A DNA stretch of 64,000 bases from Bacilli bacterium. Lineage in GTDB: Bacteria > Bacillota_I > Bacilli_A > RFN20 > CAG-826. Below are positions 25,988 to 35,889 of this stretch, piece by piece. The notes under the pieces were generated by a model, which saw nothing but the letters and a program-made list of their open reading frames with translations, was not told the DNA's origin and made no database searches. The number at the start of each line of letters is the position of its first letter. Position 1 is the stretch's first letter. Location: contig JAKSVF010000002.1 of NCBI GenBank assembly GCA_024408235.1, positions 9,789 through 73,788 of the forward strand, given 5' to 3'. The position numbers were made by a program, and so were the translations under genes.

Positions 25988-27052
25988 ATGTGGAAATATG
26001 TTTTGAAAAGATTGGGGTTATTGTTGATTACAACCTTCATAATCCTGTCGCTCACTTACATTCTTCTCCAGTGCTTACCTGTTGAGGTGCCTAGAGGAAG
26101 TAAGACGGCGATCGTTGAGTTCTACCAGACTCAAGTTGCTCTTGGTTACTACCAGAGAATAGATGAATCAATGGACATCTATAAGAGTTACATCACGGGA
26201 AATCTGACCGCGGACTATAAGTTCGCACCACAGACAGGTTCACCTGTTTTCTATGTCTCACTTCCTGTAATGGTCAGATATTTCAACTGGTTGAAGAATA
26301 TCGTTACTAAGTGGGACTGGGGAACATCAACCCAGATTTCCATTGGACAGTCAGCGATTTCTATCATCATGAGAAAACTTCCTGTTTCAATGAAATTGAA
26401 CATTATCTCAATGATCATCTCCGTTCCATGCGGTATCGGTCTTGGTATTTGGGCTGCATTAAAGAAAAACAAGATGACCGACCATATCATCTCGACTCTT
26501 GTCATGGTCTTTATTTCGGTTCCATCATTCGTCCTTATTTCGTTCTTGCTCATCTGGCTCGCTTACGGAACTGGATTCGTTAACTATCAGTGGCCTACAA
26601 TTCAGCAGGCGCAGAACTGGGTTGTCGCTCTTAAGGGCTACATCATTCCAGTCATGGCGTTGTGTTTCGGCTCAATCGCTGGCTTCGCGCGTTATACACG
26701 TGCAGAACTTTGCGAGGTCATGTCATCCGAGTTCTTGCTTTTAGCTAGAACAAAAGGTCTCACAAGGGGTCAGGCAGTCGTTAAACACGCACTCAGAAAC
26801 TCCATGGTTCCAATTGTTCCTATGATCATCGGTGAATTCGTCGGTATCTTATCCGGTTCCATGATTCTTGAACAGTTATATGGTATCCCAGGTATTGGAT
26901 CACTCTTCGTAACTGCATTAACAACTAAAGACTATTCCGTTGTCATGGTAGATATGGCTATCTACACACTCATCGGATTATTAGCAACACTCGTCGTCGA
27001 CTTATCTTATGGTATTGTCGATCCACGTATCAGAATGGGGGCAAGCAAATAA
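25988..27052 (+). CDS. oppB: Oligopeptide ABC transporter permease
   Basis: The N-terminus MWKYVLKRLGLLLIT is typical of OppB/DppB. The EAA-loop region is LLARTKGLTRGQAVVKHALRNS. GAGGG lies 7 nt before the ATG at 25988, so I prefer that start over 25958. Confidence 0.9.
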   Translation: MWKYVLKRLGLLLITTFIILSLTYILLQCLPVEVPRGSKTAIVEFYQTQVALGYYQRIDESMDIYKSYITGNLTADYKFAPQTGSPVFYVSLPVMVRYFNWLKNIVTKWDWGTSTQISIGQSAISIIMRKLPVSMKLNIISMIISVPCGIGLGIWAALKKNKMTDHIISTLVMVFISVPSFVLISFLLIWLAYGTGFVNYQWPTIQQAQNWVVALKGYIIPVMALCFGSIAGFARYTRAELCEVMSSEFLLLARTKGLTRGQAVVKHALRNSMVPIVPMIIGEFVGILSGSMILEQLYGIPGIGSLFVTALTTKDYSVVMVDMAIYTLIGLLATLVVDLSYGIVDPRIRMGASK

Positions 27053-29307
27053 TGAGTATCAAGAAAACCAAAGCTCAAGAGACCGTTATTGAAAACGTCT
27101 CCGACAGCAAGATCAAATTCGATGCATCAAAAGACTTTGAATACGTCCAGCTTGATTCATCCATCCACGATCAGAAATTCAAAACAAAACCAACAACATT
27201 CTTGAAGGACGCTCTGAAGAGATTCGTCAAGAACAAATCATCGGTTGTCGCAGCATCAATCTTAGGTGTTTTGATCCTTATGGCAATCATCGTTCCTGTC
27301 GCAGACAAGAACAACATCGACGCCAACAACGACATTGCAACATTCCTTCCACCAAAGTGGTTCAACAAATACAACGGTGGCTTCATGGATGGAACTGGCA
27401 AGGTTTCTAATGTTACATTAGACCCAACAACCGGCTATCCTGCAGCGGATGACAATGGCAACTACAAGTACAGAAAAGAAGGTGTCGTTGGAGGAAAAGA
27501 GGCAATCGTTACATCAATCGGTTATGCTGACTCCCCAACAAAAGTCGTTTTGACCTATGGCCAAGGCGGAACAGTATCATTAACAACAGATAAGGATCAC
27601 ACATCGGACACTTACATCGTCTCAGTACCGTTCCAGCTTGATTTAAGCGCAAATTATGACGTTTCATTCAAGCTTAACAAGGATTATTGCGAAGGTGAGG
27701 GTAACTATCCTGAATATTCATTCTGCGTTTTCTCTGACCAGAAGACAAAAGATGGCACAGGCATATTCCCAATCACCCCATTATCAACCGAATACGATGA
27801 AATTAGCGTTTCTGATTTGTCCGCTAAGATTCAGGCTGATCCAAACTACTCCTCATCAAACACATTTGAAAACGCATCAATCGGTTTCCTTTTAAAAGGA
27901 AATGTTGATGATATCAAGAAAACCTTATACATATCATCTATCGACATTAAGAAAGATGGCGCGCCTGTCACTTATATCGATTCAGAAACATCAGAAGTCA
28001 AGAACATCGGTTTCTTGGATGCAACAAAGGGCTATAGCTCATGGAAACAGTTCTACAGCTTAGTCGATTCAACAGTCGGCCTTTATCACTCAGAAATTGC
28101 AGTCGGCGCATTCACATACGATTATTATGCGGCTGCATATTGCAACGATGAGTCAGATTTCACTGAATCAGATTTAGATAAGTTCTTTGAACTCGGCTAT
28201 CTTGAAGTTCCATATGAGTGGTATAAAGTCGGCGCTTCTTCAGTGTCTAAATTCCCTGGAGATGTCAAGACTCCAGCAGTCTACTACACACAGGAAGAAT
28301 GCGATGCATTCAATGCGCAATACGGATTGTCCTTAGGCGATTATGGATATAAGACAACCTCTGACATCAAGGAAGAGGAAGTTCTCTACACATCATCTGA
28401 GTTATATCAGATCGCTGGAGAATATTGGGTCATCGACACTCTTGAAGTCGCCCCTCTTAAATTAACGGAAAAAGGCGAAAGAATGTGCCCAGCTGAAAAG
28501 GCATTAAGCGTCACGATGAACAAGTTCGGTTCATTCGAATCAAAATCCCTTACCTGTGAGAGAAGCCGCTACAAATACTTCTATTACATGGGTTACACAT
28601 CATCTTGCTCAAAGATTAACTATATCTTCGGCACAGATTCTCAGGGACATGACTTCTTCAAGGTCGTATTCGCTGGTCTTCTCACATCTCTTGAGTTAGG
28701 TATCCTCGCATCTGTCATCAACATCGTTATCGGTGTTGTCTGGGGCGCAATCTCAGGTTACTTTGGCGGATGGGTAGACGTCTTGATGGAGCGTTTCTGT
28801 GAAATCTTAGGCGGTATGCCATTCATCGTTCTCATGACACTCATCGTCTTACTCTTCGGCAAGTCGAACTTCTGGATCTTCTTGTTCTGCTTATGCTTAA
28901 CAGGATGGATGGGCACAGCTCATGTCACGCGTTCACAGTTCTATCGTTATAGAGGCCGTGAATATGTCCTTGCTTCAAGAACATTAGGCGCAAGCGACTG
29001 GAGACTTATCTTCCTCCACATCCTCCCAAACGGCATCGGAACAATTGTTACTTCAGCAGTCTTAATGATTCCTGGAGTCATCTTCTCAGAAGCTTCAATC
29101 TCCTACTTATTACCTGGCGCTCTCTCATTCCAGGGAGCTACATCCTTCGGTTTGACACTCTCAACCGCACAGGGATTCATCCAGTTATATCCATACATGA
29201 TCGTTTCATCATCAATCGTCATGTCACTCATCATGATTTGCTTCAACCTCTTCGGTAACGGCTTACGTGATGCATTCAACCCAACAACGAAAGGAGCGGC
29301 AATCTAA
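27052..29307 (+). CDS. oppC: Oligopeptide ABC transporter permease with a ~450-aa extracytoplasmic insertion
   Basis: ATGA overlap with oppB. An N-terminal TM helix is followed by a long hydrophilic domain. The canonical OppC core follows (ASRTLGASDWRLIFLHILPN). Confidence 0.85.
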   Translation: MSIKKTKAQETVIENVSDSKIKFDASKDFEYVQLDSSIHDQKFKTKPTTFLKDALKRFVKNKSSVVAASILGVLILMAIIVPVADKNNIDANNDIATFLPPKWFNKYNGGFMDGTGKVSNVTLDPTTGYPAADDNGNYKYRKEGVVGGKEAIVTSIGYADSPTKVVLTYGQGGTVSLTTDKDHTSDTYIVSVPFQLDLSANYDVSFKLNKDYCEGEGNYPEYSFCVFSDQKTKDGTGIFPITPLSTEYDEISVSDLSAKIQADPNYSSSNTFENASIGFLLKGNVDDIKKTLYISSIDIKKDGAPVTYIDSETSEVKNIGFLDATKGYSSWKQFYSLVDSTVGLYHSEIAVGAFTYDYYAAAYCNDESDFTESDLDKFFELGYLEVPYEWYKVGASSVSKFPGDVKTPAVYYTQEECDAFNAQYGLSLGDYGYKTTSDIKEEEVLYTSSELYQIAGEYWVIDTLEVAPLKLTEKGERMCPAEKALSVTMNKFGSFESKSLTCERSRYKYFYYMGYTSSCSKINYIFGTDSQGHDFFKVVFAGLLTSLELGILASVINIVIGVVWGAISGYFGGWVDVLMERFCEILGGMPFIVLMTLIVLLFGKSNFWIFLFCLCLTGWMGTAHVTRSQFYRYRGREYVLASRTLGASDWRLIFLHILPNGIGTIVTSAVLMIPGVIFSEASISYLLPGALSFQGATSFGLTLSTAQGFIQLYPYMIVSSSIVMSLIMICFNLFGNGLRDAFNPTTKGAAI

Positions 29308-30962
29308 TGGAAAACGCAAAGAAAGCTGTGGGAACAATTGATTACCCATATACAGTCGGTCCAGTTCCAGAAGGAAAAGACGTTGTCCTTTCAGTCAGAA
29401 ACTTAGCAATCAGCTTCGCAACAGATGATGGCTTTGTAAAAGCTGTCCGTGGTGTTGCATTCGACTTATATAAAGGCGAGACCTTATGTATCGTCGGCGA
29501 ATCTGGTTCAGGCAAATCCGTCACATCAAAGACAATCATGGGCATCCTTGCCGGAAACGCTCACATCGACTCCGGTGAAGTTACATACGAAGGCGAAGAT
29601 TTAACAAAGATCGCTGAGGATGAATTCCACCGTATCCGTGGTACTAAGATCGGCATGATCTTCCAGGACCCATTGTCATCACTTAACCCAATCAAGAAGA
29701 TTGGAAAACAGATTACCGAGGTTATGATCACCAACGGTAACAAGGTTAAGAAGATGTATGACAACATCATCAATGCAGAACTCATCAAATTGAAGAACGA
29801 CCAGAGACTTCTTCACCTTGCAAAGGATGAGATTTCATTCAAGAAAAAAGACAAGAACTCAACACCTGAGGACATCCAGAAGGCTGTTGATTTCTACAAC
29901 TCAGAAAAAATCAGATTAACCCCTATCATCGCTGCGGATAAAGTTGCTTTAGCCGCAAAGAAGAAAGAAGCAAAGAAGGCGACAGATGAATTCGTTAAGA
30001 CCGTTAAAGCTCGTCACAAAGAGAAAAAAGCGGCATTAAACGAAAACGTGAAAGCCGCAAAAGAGGCATATAAGGTTGCAATTGCTGAGGAAAACGCAAG
30101 ATTTGATAAAGAATTAGCTGAAATCAGCGCAAATCCAAATAATCTCCGCGAAATGGAGCTCTTAAACGCAAAAGACGTCGCAAAAGGCAATCATATTTAC
30201 AACCTCGGCTTAATCAAGGCTGAATTCCAGCCAAAGATTGACCAGTTCGCAAACTTCATCTCTGAAAGAAGACGCTACATCTCCGAACTCAAAGTCACAA
30301 ACAAAGAGGCAAAGAGAAGAGCGCTCAAGATCATGGCTGAAGTCGGTATCCCATATCCAGAGAGAAGATACGACCAGTATCCATTTGAATTCTCTGGAGG
30401 TATGAGACAGCGTATCGTCATCGCTATCGCTTTGACAGCTGACCCAGATGTCCTTATCTGCGATGAGCCAACAACAGCTTTAGACGTCACAATCCAGGCT
30501 CAGATCCTTGAACTTATCAACAGACTCAAAGTCGCAAGAAACATGTCAGTCATGTTCATCACTCATGACTTAGGCGTCGTCGCTAATATGGCGGATAGAG
30601 TCGTCGTCATGTACGCGGGTAAGATTGTTGAATATGGAACCGCGCAGGATATCTTCTATTCACCTGCTCACCCATACACATGGGCACTCTTATCATCCAT
30701 CCCAGACGTTGATTCCAAGGAAAAACTTGAAGCAATCCCTGGAACCCCGCCAAACATGCTCTTCCCACCGGAAGGAGACGCATTCGCACTCCGTTCTAAA
30801 TACGCCTTAGGAATCGACTTCAAAGAAGAACCAAAGATGTATCAGATTTCAGATACTCATTACGCATCAACATGGTTGCTCGACGAAAGAGCGCCTGAGG
30901 CAACTATGCCAAAGATCGTCTCAACACGTATTGAGAACTCACTAAGAAAGGCAGGTAAGTAA
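29307..30962 (+). CDS. oppD: Oligopeptide ABC transporter ATPase with a ~170-190-aa Lys/Ala-rich insertion
   Basis: Walker A GESGSGKS, Q-loop MIFQDP, signature FSGGMRQR, Walker B LICDEPTTALD. The long helical insertion lies between the Q-loop and the signature motif. Confidence 0.9.
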   Translation: MENAKKAVGTIDYPYTVGPVPEGKDVVLSVRNLAISFATDDGFVKAVRGVAFDLYKGETLCIVGESGSGKSVTSKTIMGILAGNAHIDSGEVTYEGEDLTKIAEDEFHRIRGTKIGMIFQDPLSSLNPIKKIGKQITEVMITNGNKVKKMYDNIINAELIKLKNDQRLLHLAKDEISFKKKDKNSTPEDIQKAVDFYNSEKIRLTPIIAADKVALAAKKKEAKKATDEFVKTVKARHKEKKAALNENVKAAKEAYKVAIAEENARFDKELAEISANPNNLREMELLNAKDVAKGNHIYNLGLIKAEFQPKIDQFANFISERRRYISELKVTNKEAKRRALKIMAEVGIPYPERRYDQYPFEFSGGMRQRIVIAIALTADPDVLICDEPTTALDVTIQAQILELINRLKVARNMSVMFITHDLGVVANMADRVVVMYAGKIVEYGTAQDIFYSPAHPYTWALLSSIPDVDSKEKLEAIPGTPPNMLFPPEGDAFALRSKYALGIDFKEEPKMYQISDTHYASTWLLDERAPEATMPKIVSTRIENSLRKAGK

Positions 30963-30963
30963 T

Positions 30964-32055
30964 ATGGCAAAAGAAGTCACATATCGCCCAGAATTAGCTG
31001 AGAAGAAGACAATTCTCTCTGTCGAACACTTAAAGCAGTATTTCGGATCAGGAAGCTTCGTCACCAAAGCGGTTGATGATGTCACATTCCAAATTCAGGA
31101 AGGCGAGTGCTTCGGCATCGTCGGAGAGTCTGGATGTGGAAAGACAACAACCGGACGTTCCATCATCGGCCTTTATGACATTTCGGGCGGCGAAGTCTAC
31201 TACAAAGGCACAAGAGTCTCAGCAGGAACCTGGGATCTTGAACAGCAGCTCAAGGTCGCTAAGAAAAACAAGAACGCCTCTAAAGTCGAAGAACTCCAAG
31301 CGGAAATCGCTGCAAGAAACTTCGACAACGCCCACAAAGACCCAAAACTCACAACCGAGATTCAGATGATCTTCCAGGATCCAGTTGATTCGCTTGATCC
31401 TCGTATGACTGTTGAAACAATCATCGAAGAAGGTCTTAAGATCCAGGGAATGAGAAATCCAGCTGAGAACCACGCAAGAGTCGCGGAAATTCTCGAAAAA
31501 GTTGGCTTAATTCCAGAATACGCCTCTCGTTATCCACACGAATTCTCAGGTGGTCAGAGACAGCGTATCGGTATCGCACGTGCCCTCGTCATGAACCCAA
31601 AGCTCCTAATCTGTGATGAGCCAATCTCCGCTCTTGACGTTTCAATCCGTGCTCAGATTCTTAACTTATTAAATGGCGTTAAGGAAGAGATGGGATTAAC
31701 AATGATCTTCATCGCTCACGACTTATCTGTCGTTAAGTACTTCTGCGATAGAATCGCGGTCATGTATTTCGGACATCTCGTCGAGCTTGCCTCATCAGAT
31801 GAGTTATTTGCTCACCCATTGCACCCATATACGAGAGCGCTTCTCTCCGCCATCCCAAAGCCAGATCCAATCAGCGAGAAGAACCGTATCAGAAAGGTTT
31901 ATAACCCAGCTACCGCTCACGATTACAAATTAGAGGGACCATCTCTTAGAGAAGTCGCTCCAGGACACTTCGTCTTATGTAACTCCGCTGAAGAAAAAGG
32001 ATATCAAGCAGAAATCGCCGCAATCGATTCTGAGAAAGGAGAAGCAAATGAATAA
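30964..32055 (+). CDS. oppF: Oligopeptide ABC transporter ATPase
   Basis: Walker A GESGCGKTT, signature FSGGQRQR, Walker B LICDEPISALD, and the C-terminal oligopeptide-ATPase motif HPYTRALLSAIP. Confidence 0.9.
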   Translation: MAKEVTYRPELAEKKTILSVEHLKQYFGSGSFVTKAVDDVTFQIQEGECFGIVGESGCGKTTTGRSIIGLYDISGGEVYYKGTRVSAGTWDLEQQLKVAKKNKNASKVEELQAEIAARNFDNAHKDPKLTTEIQMIFQDPVDSLDPRMTVETIIEEGLKIQGMRNPAENHARVAEILEKVGLIPEYASRYPHEFSGGQRQRIGIARALVMNPKLLICDEPISALDVSIRAQILNLLNGVKEEMGLTMIFIAHDLSVVKYFCDRIAVMYFGHLVELASSDELFAHPLHPYTRALLSAIPKPDPISEKNRIRKVYNPATAHDYKLEGPSLREVAPGHFVLCNSAEEKGYQAEIAAIDSEKGEANE

Positions 32056-32746
32056 TTCCAAGAAGAAATTAGACAACTTATCGCTTCTCGCTCTTGTCGC
32101 ATGCGCTTTGCTTGCCATCGTCACTCTTGCTTGCACAATCGCAGTTGCTAAGCAATTCACGACAAGCATCGAATACAAAGGTGCTTTGATGTCATATGTT
32201 GAGTACGTTAAGCTTCCAGCGATCAACACGTTCAACCAGGCTGTCTTGATGCTCATCATGATGCCGGTTGCAACTATCGCCAGCTTAGTTCTCTTCATCG
32301 ATACCTATCTTAGAAAAGAGGTATCACACATCGCTGCTACATGCACATGTGGAGCAGTGACATTCATCTATTTAGCTGCCAATGCAGTTGTCCAATTCAT
32401 GTCATCAGGAGAAGGCGCAGGAGTCTTCTTTGCGATCGGTGCGGTTGGCGCTGCAGCTATGATCTACTTCTTTGTTAATAAGATGCTAGACGGAGACGCC
32501 ACTCTCGGATACAAAATCGCTGGTGGCGCAACACTAATCGGCACATTATTCGGGGTGTGTTTTGCATACCCATTCCTCGATATGTACTCACACTCAACAG
32601 AATCAATTTTCTGGACAGGTGGATTCTTCGGAATCGCGATGATGGTTCTCATGTCAGTCGCATTCTATGTCTCCATCTCCTCAGATTATGATCCAAACCC
32701 AATCGAAATCGATGAGTTTGGAAATCCAATCGACAACGATAAATAA
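32048..32746 (+). CDS. Polytopic membrane protein of unknown function
   Basis: It overlaps the oppF end by 8 nt, and GGAG lies 7 nt upstream of its start. It has about 6 hydrophobic helices and no recognisable family. Confidence 0.7.
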   Translation: MNNSKKKLDNLSLLALVACALLAIVTLACTIAVAKQFTTSIEYKGALMSYVEYVKLPAINTFNQAVLMLIMMPVATIASLVLFIDTYLRKEVSHIAATCTCGAVTFIYLAANAVVQFMSSGEGAGVFFAIGAVGAAAMIYFFVNKMLDGDATLGYKIAGGATLIGTLFGVCFAYPFLDMYSHSTESIFWTGGFFGIAMMVLMSVAFYVSISSDYDPNPIEIDEFGNPIDNDK

Positions 32747-32748
32747 CA

Positions 32749-34275
32749 ATGAAGAAACGCACTCTCTTTAAAATCCTAGGATTCTTATCAGTTGCACTTC
32801 TAACTGCAAGCTGTGAGTTTTCTTTTGGTGGAGAGACTTCTTCCAGACCTATTATCAATACGGGAGATTATGTTAAAACCGAAAGTTCTAACACTCTCCA
32901 TGACTTGAACAAAGTCCGCGGAAAAGAATCATTCCTTCCTAAAGGAAAGAAGAGAATTCTTGTTCTCCCAATCACCGTTAAGGGATATGAGAGAAACGCT
33001 AGCGATTTAACGAAGGAAAACATTGAAAAAACTTTCTTTGGAGACGCTAACGAAACAGGATGGAATTCCGTATCAAGTTTCTATTACAAGTCCTCATACG
33101 GCCAATTTGAGCTTACCGGAACGGTTGCTGATTGGTATGAATGCGGATATACGGCCGAAGAGATTGTCGCGCTCGGAAATGAGAGCGATGCCTCAGGCAC
33201 AAGACGTATCTTAAATGCAGCTGTTGAGGCATATAAGACCGCCAATGACACAGACTGCTCCGAATTTGATTTTGATAAAGATGGGTACATCGATGGAGTG
33301 TGGATGATTTACTCCGCTCCAAACTACACCCACCTTTCTTCTCTTTCTAAAGAAACATTCTGGGCATACACATATTGGAACGGGGAGGATGCAAATCCAT
33401 CTAGCCCTGTCGCCAACGCTTTCTCATGGGCGTCTTACGACTTCATGTATGAAGGGTATGGATTATTTAAATTAGATGCGCATACCTACATTCATGAGAC
33501 CGGCCATATGTTAGGCGCGGATGATTATTACGACTACAACAACTGGGCATGCCCTATGGGTTGTATCGATATGATGGATTACAACATCATCGATCATAAT
33601 GCTTTCACCAAATTTGAGATGGGTTGGGTTAAACCGTACGTCATTACCACCGAAGGTGAACTCACACTGAGACCGTCTCAATCAACTGGCGATTGCGTGA
33701 TTATACCAACCACGAATGGATGGAATGGCAGCGTGTTTGATGAATACATCATGCTTGAATATTATTCCCCGACCGGACTCAACCTCAAAGATTCAACGAC
33801 CAGATATATGGGATATCCTCTCGGCTTTAGCGAATATGGTGTCCGCATTTATCACGTAGACGCAAGATTATGCAAGATTTCCGCTATGGGCATTTCCTAC
33901 ACGGATGAGATTGCTTCAAACCCTTCTCTAGTCGATTTCTATTTTACAGATATAGCCCATTCAAACACCCCTTCTTCAGTTGAAGGAGAATCGAGAAACA
34001 GATTGAACGATCAATATCGTCTCATTCAGGAAATCGATTGCACGAACAAGAGAAATTTCGGAAAGAAGAACCCTAATAACATCGCTGATAACTCAACCTT
34101 ATTCCAGACGAATGACGTGTTCTCATTTGAGACTTATAAAGATTCGTTTGCAGATATCAAAAAGATGAATGACGGCTCTGAATTCGATTGGTATGTTTCC
34201 TTTGGAAAAATGTCTGCCTCAGGCATTGAACTCAAATTCTCTCATGAAGTTTTGGAGGTTATGCCAAATGAGTAA
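32749..34275 (+). CDS. M6/InhA-like zinc metalloprotease lipoprotein (paralog 2)
   Basis: Lipobox LLTAS-C-EF. The HExxH site is YIHETGHMLGADDYYDY. The M6-type N-terminal block is ILVLPITVKGYERNASD...SSFYYKSSYGQFELTGTV. Confidence 0.8.
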   Translation: MKKRTLFKILGFLSVALLTASCEFSFGGETSSRPIINTGDYVKTESSNTLHDLNKVRGKESFLPKGKKRILVLPITVKGYERNASDLTKENIEKTFFGDANETGWNSVSSFYYKSSYGQFELTGTVADWYECGYTAEEIVALGNESDASGTRRILNAAVEAYKTANDTDCSEFDFDKDGYIDGVWMIYSAPNYTHLSSLSKETFWAYTYWNGEDANPSSPVANAFSWASYDFMYEGYGLFKLDAHTYIHETGHMLGADDYYDYNNWACPMGCIDMMDYNIIDHNAFTKFEMGWVKPYVITTEGELTLRPSQSTGDCVIIPTTNGWNGSVFDEYIMLEYYSPTGLNLKDSTTRYMGYPLGFSEYGVRIYHVDARLCKISAMGISYTDEIASNPSLVDFYFTDIAHSNTPSSVEGESRNRLNDQYRLIQEIDCTNKRNFGKKNPNNIADNSTLFQTNDVFSFETYKDSFADIKKMNDGSEFDWYVSFGKMSASGIELKFSHEVLEVMPNE

Positions 34276-35821
34276 GAAATACGCTATATTTCCTATATTA
34301 TTTGGGATGCTGACGCTCGCCTCATGCGAGATTCCATTCTTTTCTTTCCCAATGCCATCTTACGGTCCGATTGACCCATCGACTTCCGTGTCATTTGATA
34401 CAAGCAAGGAAGAGGTCAGCGGCACTTATCTATGCTCATCAAAATACACACAAAAACAGATTGGGGACACAACCGGTGAGTTCTGTTTGAATTCGCTGGG
34501 GAATCAGAATATGCTCGTCATCCCGGTTACTGTTAAAGGGTATGAGAGAAACGCCACGGAAAACAATAGAGCGCGATTAGAAAAAGCGTTCTTCGGGGAC
34601 TCAGATGAGACGTCTTGGGAATCGTTATCCTCATACTACAAGAAATCGAGTTTTGGCAGATTAAACATCAGCGGAACTGTCTCGGATTGGTATGAATGTG
34701 GATATACCGCAAATCAGATTGCGAGCTTGACTGGAGGCGGTCAGTACTCCGATGCATTTGATCCTACTTGGACGATTCTCGAGAAGGCTGTTGCTTGGTA
34801 TAAGCAAACTACCGGAAGTGACTGCAAAGAATTCGATAATGACGGAGATGGTTATATCGATGGTGTATGGCTTGTGTATTCAGCGCCAGATTATTCGAAG
34901 AACGCAACCCTTGATAGCAACGTCTTCTGGGCATACACATACGCCGATTATCAGATGGATCCTAAAGTGTCTTCTCCTGTCGGGTATCATTATTGTTGGG
35001 GTTCTTATGACTTCATGAATGAAGGATATGGATCCGGCGGCATTGATGCTCACACATTCATTCACGAGACGGGCCATTTATTGGGCCTAGACGATTATTA
35101 CGATTACAACGAAGTCGGTACCCCAATGGGTTATATTGATATGATGGATGGCAATATCATCGATCATTGCGCATATTCGAAATTCGCCCTTGGATGGATT
35201 GATCCATATGTTGTAACCGATAGCTGCGAGATTGTGCTAAAACCATCTTCCACAACCGGTCAGGCAATAATATTGCCAACGAACGGAGGATTTAACGGAT
35301 CCGCTTTCGATGAATATATCATGATGGAGTTCTACACTCCTGATGTGCTGAACGCAAAAGACACCGCTTCATCTTATACAAACGGTTTAAGAGGCTTTAC
35401 TGAAAGAGGCGTCAGAATCTATCACGTGGATGCGAGAATGGCTACAAGCCGCTATAACATGACCACAGGTTCCTGGAGTAATTACTCTTACACCGACGTT
35501 TTAAAGAACACGAATGTCGATGCAACCGTTGTTGCCCACTCGAACACGCCATCAACCATGAGATATGAATCGTACAACTATCTCAACCCTCAGTATAGAT
35601 TGATTCAGTTGATTGACTGTGCTGGTAGGAACTTTGCAAAATCTGGAAAAGTTGCAGACAATAACATCCTTTTCCAAAATAATGACACATTCTCATTTGC
35701 GAGCTATAAGTCACAATTCCCATCATCATCCGCAATGAATGATGGAACATCATTAAGTTACTCAGCGACGTTCAAAGAGATGACTGAAGAGTCGATAAAA
35801 GTAACAATTTCTAAGGCTTAA
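34268..35821 (+). CDS. M6/InhA-like zinc metalloprotease lipoprotein (paralog 3, tandem duplicate)
   Basis: I prefer the ATG at 34268 (MSKKYAIFPILFGMLTLAS-C-EI), which overlaps the upstream stop as ATGAGTAA. The HExxH site is FIHETGHLLGLDDYYDY. By eye it is colinear with paralog 2 along its whole length. Confidence 0.8.
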   Translation: MSKKYAIFPILFGMLTLASCEIPFFSFPMPSYGPIDPSTSVSFDTSKEEVSGTYLCSSKYTQKQIGDTTGEFCLNSLGNQNMLVIPVTVKGYERNATENNRARLEKAFFGDSDETSWESLSSYYKKSSFGRLNISGTVSDWYECGYTANQIASLTGGGQYSDAFDPTWTILEKAVAWYKQTTGSDCKEFDNDGDGYIDGVWLVYSAPDYSKNATLDSNVFWAYTYADYQMDPKVSSPVGYHYCWGSYDFMNEGYGSGGIDAHTFIHETGHLLGLDDYYDYNEVGTPMGYIDMMDGNIIDHCAYSKFALGWIDPYVVTDSCEIVLKPSSTTGQAIILPTNGGFNGSAFDEYIMMEFYTPDVLNAKDTASSYTNGLRGFTERGVRIYHVDARMATSRYNMTTGSWSNYSYTDVLKNTNVDATVVAHSNTPSTMRYESYNYLNPQYRLIQLIDCAGRNFAKSGKVADNNILFQNNDTFSFASYKSQFPSSSAMNDGTSLSYSATFKEMTEESIKVTISKA

Positions 35822-35826
35822 AATTG

Positions 35827-35846
35827 CTCTTCTTGATAAAGAAGAG
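35827..35846 (+). other. Intercistronic hairpin without a U-tract
   Basis: CTCTTCTT-GATA-AAGAAGAG, a perfect 8-bp stem 6 nt after the protease stop codon. It is followed by TGTTAC rather than a T run. Confidence 0.3.
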
Positions 35847-35889
35847 TGTTACTAGTAAGATATTAAAGCGTTATTTAGAGGTGCATTTT

